Shown: positions 36,598-45,225 of the stretch, piece after piece
Position numbering within the stretch: the stretch's first letter is position 1
Layout: every line of letters begins with the position of its first letter
Source of the DNA: Saprospiraceae bacterium
Lineage (GTDB): Bacteria; Bacteroidota; Bacteroidia; Chitinophagales; Saprospiraceae
DNA: 64,000 nucleotides
Assembly: GCA_020628145.1 (NCBI GenBank)
Contig: JAHDFN010000001.1
Location: 3,278-67,277 of the forward strand
Reading direction: 5' to 3'
The notes under the pieces: model-generated
Told to the model about the DNA's origin: nothing
The model's database searches: none
The model's input: only the letters and a program-made list of their open reading frames with translations
Translations under genes and position numbers: made by a program

Positions 36598-38214
36598 TTA
36601 AATTAGGGCATAAATTGATGTTTCTTTCAAGTCTCGGTAACGGGTAGGCGTAATGGAACGGAAACGAACCCCATAACCTTCCAATATTTTTTCCAGCGAT
36701 TCGAAAAATGCATCCATTCTTGAATTCATTCCGGCATTTTCAAAACCATCGAAGCCGGCAAGGAAAATATTTTTCGACCCTTTTTTCAATGCATAGGCTA
36801 TCGAAAACATCCCGGCATCATAATCCGGCAAAGAAACATTCTCTTTTTCCAGTTTTAATTCTCCTAAAGAAAAAGGCATTCTATAAATATTTTTTCTTTC
36901 AGAAAAATCATTCGCTATATTTACCTCCCCCGTAATAATCGTAGGATGATCAGAAAAACGATTTAAATAATTTTCCAATTTCATCCGATTGAGAATGACG
37001 ATTTCACGATCTTTCATGTTATCGAAAAAACCGGTATGGTTGCACTCTATAAGAGTAGATTTGTTTTCAATCAGAAATTGCGGAACAATGTCCGAAATTT
37101 TTCGAAGGCTCGGCCCACCTGCTACAATTAAAACCGATTTAATCTTTTCATCCGAATGATAAATAGGAATATTATTAGTCGGATCATCATCATCGGAAAC
37201 AAGAATTTTAAGAATCGTTTCGTCCAGAGCTTCCTTGTCGAATTTAGATCTTTTATCTTCCGGAATACCCGAAAGTATTTCAGAAATCTGAGGAATATTA
37301 AATCTGTTTTCTTGACTTAAGTACTGGCAATAGGATTGATGGATGTTGTTGATACCACTGAGCATGTAAGTATAATTGAATCCCCAATTATATTTTTCCA
37401 TCAAGGGTCGGAAGTAATTATCGATAGAAGGAAGCAATTCATCCGGACGAATATGGGAAGCCTTATATTTTTCACGATACCCTAAGAGAAACTGCTCCAA
37501 AATCAGGTTTCCCGCACCACGTCCCATTCCCATAACCGTTGCATCTACGACATCCACGCCTTCTTCTATCGCAGCAATGGCATTAGCATAAGCTAAACCT
37601 TGATTGTCATGTAAATGAACGCCTGTCAAGCCAGTGAAGTGTTTTCGGATCAGCTTCATTTTCCGTCTCACATCCGAAGGGTAAAATGAGCCATATGAAT
37701 CGGCGATATAAAAAACATCCAATCCTTTTCCTTCCAATAATTCCAATACCCGAACCAGTTCCTCATCGGGTACCATGGAGCCACCCATCAGATTAAAACA
37801 AATCCGGTACCCTTTTTCCTTGAAATAGCGGATAAAACCGGGTGCTGCTCCGGCATGTATGGCCCGGCTGGCTATCCGTACCCAAGAAAAAACAGATTCT
37901 GATTCCGGAAGGACATGTTCATCCAGTAATTCGTAATCCGGTTCTTCGCCATCAATAAATTCCTTGGCATCAATCATGAATGCATACTCACATTGTGAAT
38001 ATTCCCTTACAAAGGAAAGCAACTTTTCATTGGAATATTTGAAAAGCCCATAGAAACGATTGCGATCAGGAGATTTATATCCTAACTCGATTAAATCCAC
38101 ACCGGACTTATTGAGGGAGGCAACCAAATCCTTTGCGGCATCCAAGTCGAAATCCCATTTGTTGTAAAACCCCCCATCCCTGAGGGTACAATCCAATATT
38201 TTTATTTTTTTCAT
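36598..38214 (-). CDS. DRE-TIM metallolyase (HMGL-like aldolase/synthase domain) fused to a DUF115/Maf-like C-terminal domain
   Basis: The N-terminal half has ILDCTLRDGG, DLIELGY and HLHDNQGLAYANAIAAIEEGVDVVDATVMGMGRGAGN. The C-terminal half has VLIVAGGPSL and LAGFDG, as in DUF115 (MAF_flag10/MptE-like). Confidence 0.7.
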   Translation of the reverse strand: MKKIKILDCTLRDGGFYNKWDFDLDAAKDLVASLNKSGVDLIELGYKSPDRNRFYGLFKYSNEKLLSFVREYSQCEYAFMIDAKEFIDGEEPDYELLDEHVLPESESVFSWVRIASRAIHAGAAPGFIRYFKEKGYRICFNLMGGSMVPDEELVRVLELLEGKGLDVFYIADSYGSFYPSDVRRKMKLIRKHFTGLTGVHLHDNQGLAYANAIAAIEEGVDVVDATVMGMGRGAGNLILEQFLLGYREKYKASHIRPDELLPSIDNYFRPLMEKYNWGFNYTYMLSGINNIHQSYCQYLSQENRFNIPQISEILSGIPEDKRSKFDKEALDETILKILVSDDDDPTNNIPIYHSDEKIKSVLIVAGGPSLRKISDIVPQFLIENKSTLIECNHTGFFDNMKDREIVILNRMKLENYLNRFSDHPTIITGEVNIANDFSERKNIYRMPFSLGELKLEKENVSLPDYDAGMFSIAYALKKGSKNIFLAGFDGFENAGMNSRMDAFFESLEKILEGYGVRFRSITPTRYRDLKETSIYALI

Positions 38215-38306
38215 TTGCCGTTCTACTTACAATCACAATATACGGATGCCACTCCTTAATATGGGGACTCTCTTGCACCTAAAATTGAAATAAGAAATAA
38301 AACTAA

Positions 38307-38314
38307 TACTTTTG
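38307..38314 (+). promoter_or_regulatory. candidate -7 promoter element (TAnnTTTG) for the flippase gene
   Basis: tacttttg lies 92 nt upstream of the GTG start, in the divergent spacer. Confidence 0.3.
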
Positions 38315-38405
38315 CAATTGATGTGCCTAAAACTCGTTTTTAACGGAAAAGTATATTTCCATCCATTTCTTTCACTAGGAGACATCAACAACATCAACTT
38401 TTGTA

Positions 38406-39899
38406 GTGGGAATCATCAAACGACAAAGCATCAAGCAATCTCTGGTCACCTACCTGGCAGTAGCCGTAGGTACCTTGAGTTATCTTTTTGTATATACTTT
38501 ATACCTTTCAAAAGAGCAAATAGGATTTATCCGTTTTTTTCAAGATACCGGAATGCTGGTTGTGCCATTTGTTCTGTTGGGTACTAATTATCTAAGTGTA
38601 CGTTTCTTTCCTACTTTCAAGAATGAAGAAAACCAACATAACGGGTTTCTTTCCTTTTTGTTATTCATCCCCCTAATAGGGTACACCATATTCGCCTTCT
38701 GTTTTCTTTTGTCCTACAACTGGATTCTTGAATATTATCGACCTCGTTTTGGGAATTTCGTCCAATACCTGATCTTCATCCTACCGCTTACTTTTTTCAT
38801 AGCTTACTGGACTTTACTATCCAGCTATTGTCTGAATTTCAAAAGGATCGTTGTCCCTGCCATTTTCAACAACCTCTTCATTAAATTGATAATACCCACC
38901 CTGATTTTGATCTATGCTTCCGATCATATCGGTTTCGATGGTGTGGTCTATGGTATTTTGGCCATGCATTTCACCGTATTTCTTGCACTTATAGGTTATT
39001 TAATTTCCTTAGGGCAATGGAGCATGAAAAGTAATCGGAAGATGTTCAAAAAACCTCTGATTAACAAAATGAGGGTTTATGCTACATACAGTTTAATCGG
39101 AGGTCTAGGAAGTATCATAGCCACAAGGATAGATACGTTTATGGTCGGCTCATTATTGGATTTGGATTATACGGGCATCTTCACAATTGCACTAACAATA
39201 GGTGCAGCGATAGAAATTCCCAAAAAAGCCATAACCGGAATAGCTACTCCTATAGTTTCCCAAGCATGGAAAGATAATGATATACCTCAGATTGAAGAAC
39301 TATATAAAAAGACATCACTGGTTCAGTTTATCATCGGTTCCTTATTATTAGTATGTATCTGGTCCTCAATAGATGATTTGTTTTCTATTCTTCCGAATGG
39401 TGAGCAGTATGCCGTAGGAAAGTATGTTGTGTTGATTCTCGGTTTGGCTAAAGTGATAGATATGGTAACAGGAATCAATAACGAAATCATTAGTTATTCC
39501 AAGTACTTCCGCTTTAATTTTTATGCAATCCTGTGCCTAGCTGCATTCAATATTATTACCAACCTTTTATTGATACCTACATTCCTTATCAATGGTGCGG
39601 CTTTGGCGACCTTCAGTTCCTTACTCCTTTATAATCTCTTAAAATTCGGATTTCTATATTTCAAATTGAAAATGCACCCTTTTGGGATGGGAACACTTTG
39701 GGTGCTGGCTTTCGCCCTTATCAGCTATGGTGTAGGGTTTATCATTCCTACCACAGGTTCTGCGTTTCTGGATATTATAATCCGTTCAACAGCCATCATC
39801 ATGGCATTTTCAACAATGATATTAACATCAAGGGTCTCTCCCGATGCAAATGAATTATTCAATCAGATAAAACGGATGTTCCTACCTAATAAGAAATAG
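38406..39899 (+). CDS. MOP-superfamily polysaccharide flippase (Wzx-like)
   Basis: 497 aa with about 12-14 TM segments. GTG start giving MGIIKRQSIKQSL, an N-terminus typical of Bacteroidota polysaccharide biosynthesis proteins. Confidence 0.75.
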   Translation: MGIIKRQSIKQSLVTYLAVAVGTLSYLFVYTLYLSKEQIGFIRFFQDTGMLVVPFVLLGTNYLSVRFFPTFKNEENQHNGFLSFLLFIPLIGYTIFAFCFLLSYNWILEYYRPRFGNFVQYLIFILPLTFFIAYWTLLSSYCLNFKRIVVPAIFNNLFIKLIIPTLILIYASDHIGFDGVVYGILAMHFTVFLALIGYLISLGQWSMKSNRKMFKKPLINKMRVYATYSLIGGLGSIIATRIDTFMVGSLLDLDYTGIFTIALTIGAAIEIPKKAITGIATPIVSQAWKDNDIPQIEELYKKTSLVQFIIGSLLLVCIWSSIDDLFSILPNGEQYAVGKYVVLILGLAKVIDMVTGINNEIISYSKYFRFNFYAILCLAAFNIITNLLLIPTFLINGAALATFSSLLLYNLLKFGFLYFKLKMHPFGMGTLWVLAFALISYGVGFIIPTTGSAFLDIIIRSTAIIMAFSTMILTSRVSPDANELFNQIKRMFLPNKK

Positions 39900-40061
39900 A
39901 TGTTATCACGAGATGTTTTTTATGTAAGACAACTGAGGAATTTTGGAAATAGGCAAGGCATTCGTCGAAAAGCGTAGCCATAGCTACGGTTGAGAGGAAT
40001 AACGCAGGCATATTTTCAAAAGAACCGGTTGGCTATAATCAATCTTTCGTGATAACATCTA
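39897..40061. repeat. 15-bp perfect inverted repeat bracketing a 135-bp spacer
   Basis: tagatgttatcacga (39897-39911, includes the flippase TAG) and tcgtgataacatcta (40047-40061). There is an internal 6-bp hairpin, cgtagc-cata-gctacg. Confidence 0.8.
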
Positions 40062-40066
40062 ATAAA

Positions 40067-42637
40067 TCACTTCCTTTTTTTCTTCTTTCGGGAATCCTTA
40101 TTTTCCTTTTTGGCTGTTTTGGCTACCGTCTTTTTCAAAGGAACTTCTTTTTTCTTTACTTCCGTATCATCAATGGATTCTATTTCAGGCAAACCATTGT
40201 TTTTGAAAAACAAAACCAACCCACCGAAGAAAAGTAAAAGCGTCAACGCAGAAGCCCCCCTCGAAATATTCTCACCCAAATAAAAAGACCGAGGTTCAAA
40301 ACGCATCTCCAACTTATGTTGCCCCGCCGGCAAACGTGCAGCCCTCAAAAGAAAATCCGCTTTGAAGAAAGGATCATAGGGCTTATCATCCAAATACAAA
40401 CTCCATCCTTTTTCAGGCGGATAATATACCTCCGAAAAGACAGCCAGTTTTTCGTTTGAAGCCGAGTATTCATAAACCATTTTATCGGGATGATAGGATG
40501 TCAGTTTGATATAGGCACTGGAATCGGGCTGTAAACGCAAACCTTCCAAAACTCCGGCATGACTCTTTTGTACCAACGCTTTAACTGAAGGATTCAAATT
40601 GGCCAAACCATTCATTTCCGCATCACCATCCGCTACTATTTCATAGCTGTCCACAAACCAGGCATTCCCCAAAGCTTTTGGATTCTTACTGGCTTTTGCC
40701 TGGTTCCCTTCACCTTGAATGATATACTTCGTATTGAACATTCCCAAGATATGCATATTCTGCCCTGGATTGGATAAATATCTTTCAAACAAATCCTGAT
40801 AACGCATCAATTTAGCTGCATGATACCCCCCCATGCTCTTATGGAAAAACGAAGTATTCGCATTGGTAGCAAAATTCCCTGAAGACAAGTCCAACACTCG
40901 ATAATGCAAATCGGCATCCTTTTGAATCTGGGTATCTACCGGCCGGAGGTTGGTTTCTGCCTTCTTCACAATTGAAGGGTCTTCGAATTTATCAGATGTC
41001 AGATATCTTGTATTGAATAACCAGATATCGGCAACTATTAACAAGCCAACACACAGCACAGCCATTAAGGCTTTGATTTTCCCCTTCAGGTATGCCCACA
41101 AGAATCCCGCAGATAATAAGATTAAAACCAATGACCGAATCGCATCTGACCGCAAGAGGCTCGCCCTATCTTCTTTAAAGATTCTTGCCAGTTCCGGCCC
41201 GGCTTTACCATCGTTCTTACCTGTGAAATCCATTCCATAACTTCCCAACAAAATCAACAAGCACAAGCCTCCTACAATTCCGGCAGCATACATCAAGGCT
41301 TTTTGCTTGATTGCCTCATCAATCTCCTTATCAACAAATTTCTGCAACCCCAAAACCGCCAGAATCACAAATGCCAATTGGGCCAGTCCCAATGCCATGG
41401 ATACAGCCCTGAACTTATTGAACATAGGAAAATAATCCACAAGGAAATGATTGAGGAAAAAGTTGCTTCCCCAAGCAATCATTATCGCCAACATCGCAGA
41501 AAGCAATAGCCATATTTTCATCTCACCCTTAACCAAAAACGCTCCCAACACAAAAAGAAAACAGATAATCGCCCCGAAATAAATCCCCATTCCGACAAAG
41601 GGCTGGTTCCCTGTGTACATCATGACTCCTGCCTGCCGATTCGCAGTCCTTCTTGCTTGTTCCTTCGGCATTCCTTGTTGCCTGAACAGGCCTTCCAGTT
41701 TTTCATGGGATTTTGTACCTTCATAGGATTGGGAAGCTCCTCCTCCCATGAATTGAGGAACGAGCAATGTAAATGTTTCACCAATTCCATAACTCCACCC
41801 CCATATATAATCCTTATCCAATCCATCTCCTTTGGAAGCTTTGGCTTTCAACTCGGAACGCCCCCGAATCGTTTCGGAGGTGTATTCATATGTCGGCCAT
41901 AATTTCGAAGTATTACAAAGCACACCTAACAAGGCGGCAATCACCAATCCTCCGGATGCCTTGGCGAAATGAGACCATTTACCCGAACGCACGGCCTTGA
42001 CCAATTCGATAATTCCTAAAACAGCCAAAAGCAGATATGCATAATATGTGATTTGAATGTGATTGGCATAGATATGTAAACAGGTTGCCAATGCAAAAAT
42101 TCCGGCACCCAATAGATATTTTCCCCTGTATGCCAATATCGGCCCTAAATACAATAGGGGCAACAAAGCAAATGTTACCAATTTTGTTGAGTGTCCAGCT
42201 TCCGCTAAATCTATATGATACGATGATATACCATAGGCTATTGCTCCGAATATCGCAATCCTCCAATCCACCTTCATTCCTATAAATAACAAATAACAAC
42301 TGAACATGGCCAACAATATCACATAATGGGACTCGGTAATACTATGCCACAAGAACAAGGCATAGTAAATCGGCTTGGCAAAATTTCCATGTAGTGGATG
42401 ATATATCTGATAAACGGGCATTCCTCCAAAAGCGGAATTCGTCCACTGAGGCGCCTCTCCTGTTTCCTCTTGCACCTTTAGTATTTCAGCTGACATACCA
42501 CGCCCCTTACTATTATCTGACTGAGAGAGAACCTTTCCATCTATAACCGCCGGTTTGAATAAAATAAAACTAACGGCAACAAATAATATATAGGCAATAA
42601 AATGAGGTAAAACCTTTTTCAATAACCCGTTATCCAT
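40067..42637 (-). CDS. YfhO-family polytopic membrane protein (putative lipid-linked-sugar glycosyltransferase) with polybasic tail
   Basis: 856 aa. Many TM segments in the first ~530 aa plus a late TM. Size and topology match Bacteroidota YfhO proteins. C-terminal KKKEVPLKKTVAKTAKKENKDSRKKKKRK. Confidence 0.6.
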   Translation of the reverse strand: MDNGLLKKVLPHFIAYILFVAVSFILFKPAVIDGKVLSQSDNSKGRGMSAEILKVQEETGEAPQWTNSAFGGMPVYQIYHPLHGNFAKPIYYALFLWHSITESHYVILLAMFSCYLLFIGMKVDWRIAIFGAIAYGISSYHIDLAEAGHSTKLVTFALLPLLYLGPILAYRGKYLLGAGIFALATCLHIYANHIQITYYAYLLLAVLGIIELVKAVRSGKWSHFAKASGGLVIAALLGVLCNTSKLWPTYEYTSETIRGRSELKAKASKGDGLDKDYIWGWSYGIGETFTLLVPQFMGGGASQSYEGTKSHEKLEGLFRQQGMPKEQARRTANRQAGVMMYTGNQPFVGMGIYFGAIICFLFVLGAFLVKGEMKIWLLLSAMLAIMIAWGSNFFLNHFLVDYFPMFNKFRAVSMALGLAQLAFVILAVLGLQKFVDKEIDEAIKQKALMYAAGIVGGLCLLILLGSYGMDFTGKNDGKAGPELARIFKEDRASLLRSDAIRSLVLILLSAGFLWAYLKGKIKALMAVLCVGLLIVADIWLFNTRYLTSDKFEDPSIVKKAETNLRPVDTQIQKDADLHYRVLDLSSGNFATNANTSFFHKSMGGYHAAKLMRYQDLFERYLSNPGQNMHILGMFNTKYIIQGEGNQAKASKNPKALGNAWFVDSYEIVADGDAEMNGLANLNPSVKALVQKSHAGVLEGLRLQPDSSAYIKLTSYHPDKMVYEYSASNEKLAVFSEVYYPPEKGWSLYLDDKPYDPFFKADFLLRAARLPAGQHKLEMRFEPRSFYLGENISRGASALTLLLFFGGLVLFFKNNGLPEIESIDDTEVKKKEVPLKKTVAKTAKKENKDSRKKKKRK

Positions 42638-42812
42638 CGGAATTCGTTTTGATAATTTTTACAAATCATTCTTATGGTTCCGGTGATGGCCGGATACCGC
42701 ATCCAAAGGTACATATTTTTATAAATTTGATATTTCATCCATCCTTCTCTATTTGACTCAAATTTTCTTTTGAACTTTTAAAGACCAATGAATATTTATT
42801 ACATTAGCACCA

Positions 42813-42834
42813 AATTAGTACAGTCATACTAATT
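42813..42834. promoter_or_regulatory. 8-6-8 palindrome upstream of the SDR/ACAD operon, candidate operator
   Basis: aattagta-cagtca-tactaatt, ending 17 nt before ATG 42852. Confidence 0.35.
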
Positions 42835-42851
42835 CAAATAACACATTGGCT

Positions 42852-43631
42852 ATGAAAACAGCATTGATTACAGGAGGAAGTAGCGGTATCGGTTTGGAAT
42901 TATCCAAATTATTCGCCAATGACGGCTATGATTTAGTGATCGTTTCAAAATTCGAAGAAGAATTGAACGCCGCCCAAACACTGTTTAAGGAAAAACATCC
43001 GCAACAGAAGGTAATCACATTCCAACAGGATTTGACAACTGAAAATGCCGCTCGAAACGTCTATGAATGGAGCAAATCAAAAGGCGTGGTTGTAGATGTA
43101 TTGGTTAATAATGCCGGTTTCGGCTCTTATGGCTATATCAACGAGATGGATATCGAAAAGGAAACGGATATGATCCGACTCAATGTCCTTTGTGTATATC
43201 AAATGACCCGGTTTTTCCTCAATGACATGGTACAAAGGGATGCTGGAAAAATCCTTAACATCTCATCCATTGTCGCCTTCCAACCCTCTCCGTTCTTTTC
43301 TACTTATGCTGCGACCAAAGCATTTGTCAAGAATTTCAGCCAAGCGATTAATTATGAATTGAAATCAAAAAAAAGCAATGTCAGTGTTACCGTTGCTTGC
43401 CCCACTTCTGTAAAAACACAATTCCAACAGCAAGCAAATATGGGAGGTATGAAACTCTTTGATAGCTGGATGGCGGTTTCTCCTGAAACAGTTGCCAAGG
43501 ATGCTTACGTTGCAATGAATTCCAATAAGGATTTGGTGATCCCCAAAAAATTCTTCCACTATTTAAATGAGTTAACCCAAAGGTTGCCCACCGGTTTGTT
43601 GATGAAAATTTCTGAAAACCAATTAAAATAA
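42852..43631 (+). CDS. short-chain dehydrogenase/reductase (classical SDR)
   Basis: TGGSSGIG cofactor motif, NNAG, and a catalytic S...YxxxK (YAATK). Confidence 0.85.
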   Translation: MKTALITGGSSGIGLELSKLFANDGYDLVIVSKFEEELNAAQTLFKEKHPQQKVITFQQDLTTENAARNVYEWSKSKGVVVDVLVNNAGFGSYGYINEMDIEKETDMIRLNVLCVYQMTRFFLNDMVQRDAGKILNISSIVAFQPSPFFSTYAATKAFVKNFSQAINYELKSKKSNVSVTVACPTSVKTQFQQQANMGGMKLFDSWMAVSPETVAKDAYVAMNSNKDLVIPKKFFHYLNELTQRLPTGLLMKISENQLK

Positions 43632-43640
43632 ATATACCAT

Positions 43641-45161
43641 ATGAATATCTACGGCAAATACTTCAGCCAAGAACATGAGATGTTCAGGCAGGGATTAAAA
43701 GATTTCCTAGCTAAAGAAGTCATTCCCCATATCGATCAATGGGAAGAAGAACGTAAAACGCCCAGAGAGATTTGGAAGAAAATGGGAGAGATGGGATACC
43801 TAGGACTCAACTACCCTGAGGAATACGGAGGCATGGATGCCGATTTCTTTTATTCCGTAGTCTTCATGGAAGAAATTGCCAAATGCTATTCCGGCGGATT
43901 CACTATTGCCCCTCTCGTTATGCAATACATGTCAACGCCATATATTTTCAAATACGGTTCCGAACACCTGAAGAAAAAATATCTGAGTAAAACCATTTCC
44001 GGGGAATGGGTAAGTTGTATTGCCATAACAGAACCCGGAGCCGGGTCCGATGCGGCCAATATCCAAACCAAAGCCATCCGACAGGGGGATCATTATATCG
44101 TCAATGGTTCCAAAACATTTATTACGAATGCCTTTTATGGCGATTATTTGGTAACTGTCGTAAAAACCAACCCCGAAGCCGGTGTCAATGGTGTAAGTTT
44201 GTTAGTTATTGATAGAAATGCCGAGGGCGTTTCCGCCCGTAAACTGAAAAAACTGGGATGGCATGCTTCCGATACTGCCGAATTGAATTTCGATGATGTA
44301 AAAGTTCCTGTAGAAAATCTCATCGGTGAAGAAGGGCAAGGCTTTTATTATCTGATGGGAGGGTTGCAATTGGAGCGTTTGGCCGGGGCGGTTTCCGGAG
44401 TTGCGGGTTGCGAATCGGCATTGGATTATGCATTGAAATACATGGGGGAAAGAAAAGCTTTCGGTCGCACCATTAATAAATTCCAGGTATTGAGGCATCG
44501 GGTGGCTCAACTGGCAACCGAAATCGAAAGTGCCAAGGCATTTACTTATCATTTATGCGAACTACATGGCAACGGAGACTATTGCGTCAAGGAATGTTCA
44601 ATGGCCAAACTACTCGTCAGTGAATTATCGGACAAGGTGATGTATCAATGTCTTCAATTCTTCGGTGGTTATGGATACATGGAAGAATATAAAATCGCCA
44701 GGATGTTCCGGGATTCCCGAATCCTGACCATCGGCGGTGGGTCATCTGAAATCATGAGGGAAATCATTTCAAAAATGGTTATCGATGAAAAACAATATGA
44801 AGCGGCAAGGCTTTCGGAAGAAATGCCTGTAAGTGCAAACGGCAATGGTCATTCGAATGATGAAGGACAATTTGATAAAATCTATCACATTATAGAAAAG
44901 AATGCAACCAAGGCACGGGCTTTGGGCAACACCTTAAAATTCAATCTTGACGGACAATACATTCATGTCAATGGAAAAGGAGATGCCAATTCGGTAGCCA
45001 AGATGAATGAGGATGCAGAATGCACCATTACCGTTTCAGAAGATGATTTCATGGCTTTACTCAAAGGGCAACTCAATCCGATGACGGCCATGATGTCCGG
45101 TAAGATTAAAATAGACGGCAATATGGGGGTTGCCATGAAATTGCAAACACTCATGAGTTAG
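43641..45161 (+). CDS. acyl-CoA dehydrogenase fused to a C-terminal SCP2 sterol/lipid-carrier domain
   Basis: The first ~385 aa form an ACAD fold (CIAITEPGAGSD, GGYGY, RILTIGGGSSEI). After a ~30-aa linker the last ~100 aa carry an SCP2 signature (DDFMALLKGQLNPMTAMMSGKIKIDGNMGVAMKL). Confidence 0.8.
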   Translation: MNIYGKYFSQEHEMFRQGLKDFLAKEVIPHIDQWEEERKTPREIWKKMGEMGYLGLNYPEEYGGMDADFFYSVVFMEEIAKCYSGGFTIAPLVMQYMSTPYIFKYGSEHLKKKYLSKTISGEWVSCIAITEPGAGSDAANIQTKAIRQGDHYIVNGSKTFITNAFYGDYLVTVVKTNPEAGVNGVSLLVIDRNAEGVSARKLKKLGWHASDTAELNFDDVKVPVENLIGEEGQGFYYLMGGLQLERLAGAVSGVAGCESALDYALKYMGERKAFGRTINKFQVLRHRVAQLATEIESAKAFTYHLCELHGNGDYCVKECSMAKLLVSELSDKVMYQCLQFFGGYGYMEEYKIARMFRDSRILTIGGGSSEIMREIISKMVIDEKQYEAARLSEEMPVSANGNGHSNDEGQFDKIYHIIEKNATKARALGNTLKFNLDGQYIHVNGKGDANSVAKMNEDAECTITVSEDDFMALLKGQLNPMTAMMSGKIKIDGNMGVAMKLQTLMS

Positions 45162-45188
45162 TAAAATATCCGACTTGATTAACCTGAC

Positions 45189-45218
45189 CGGTCATTGGAT
45201 TCCCGATGGCCGTTTTTT
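45189..45218 (+). terminator. rho-independent terminator after the ACAD-SCP2 gene
   Basis: cggtcat...atggccg 7-bp stem (one G-U pair) followed by T6 (45213-45218). Confidence 0.55.
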
Positions 45219-45225
45219 AGATAGT

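Noticed and set aside
38312-38587. 91-aa ORF and other short ORFs in the divergent spacer before the flippase gene.
   Set aside because: It overlaps the flippase reading frame region and has no signal or motif. The flippase GTG start at 38406 gives the conserved MGIIKRQS N-terminus.
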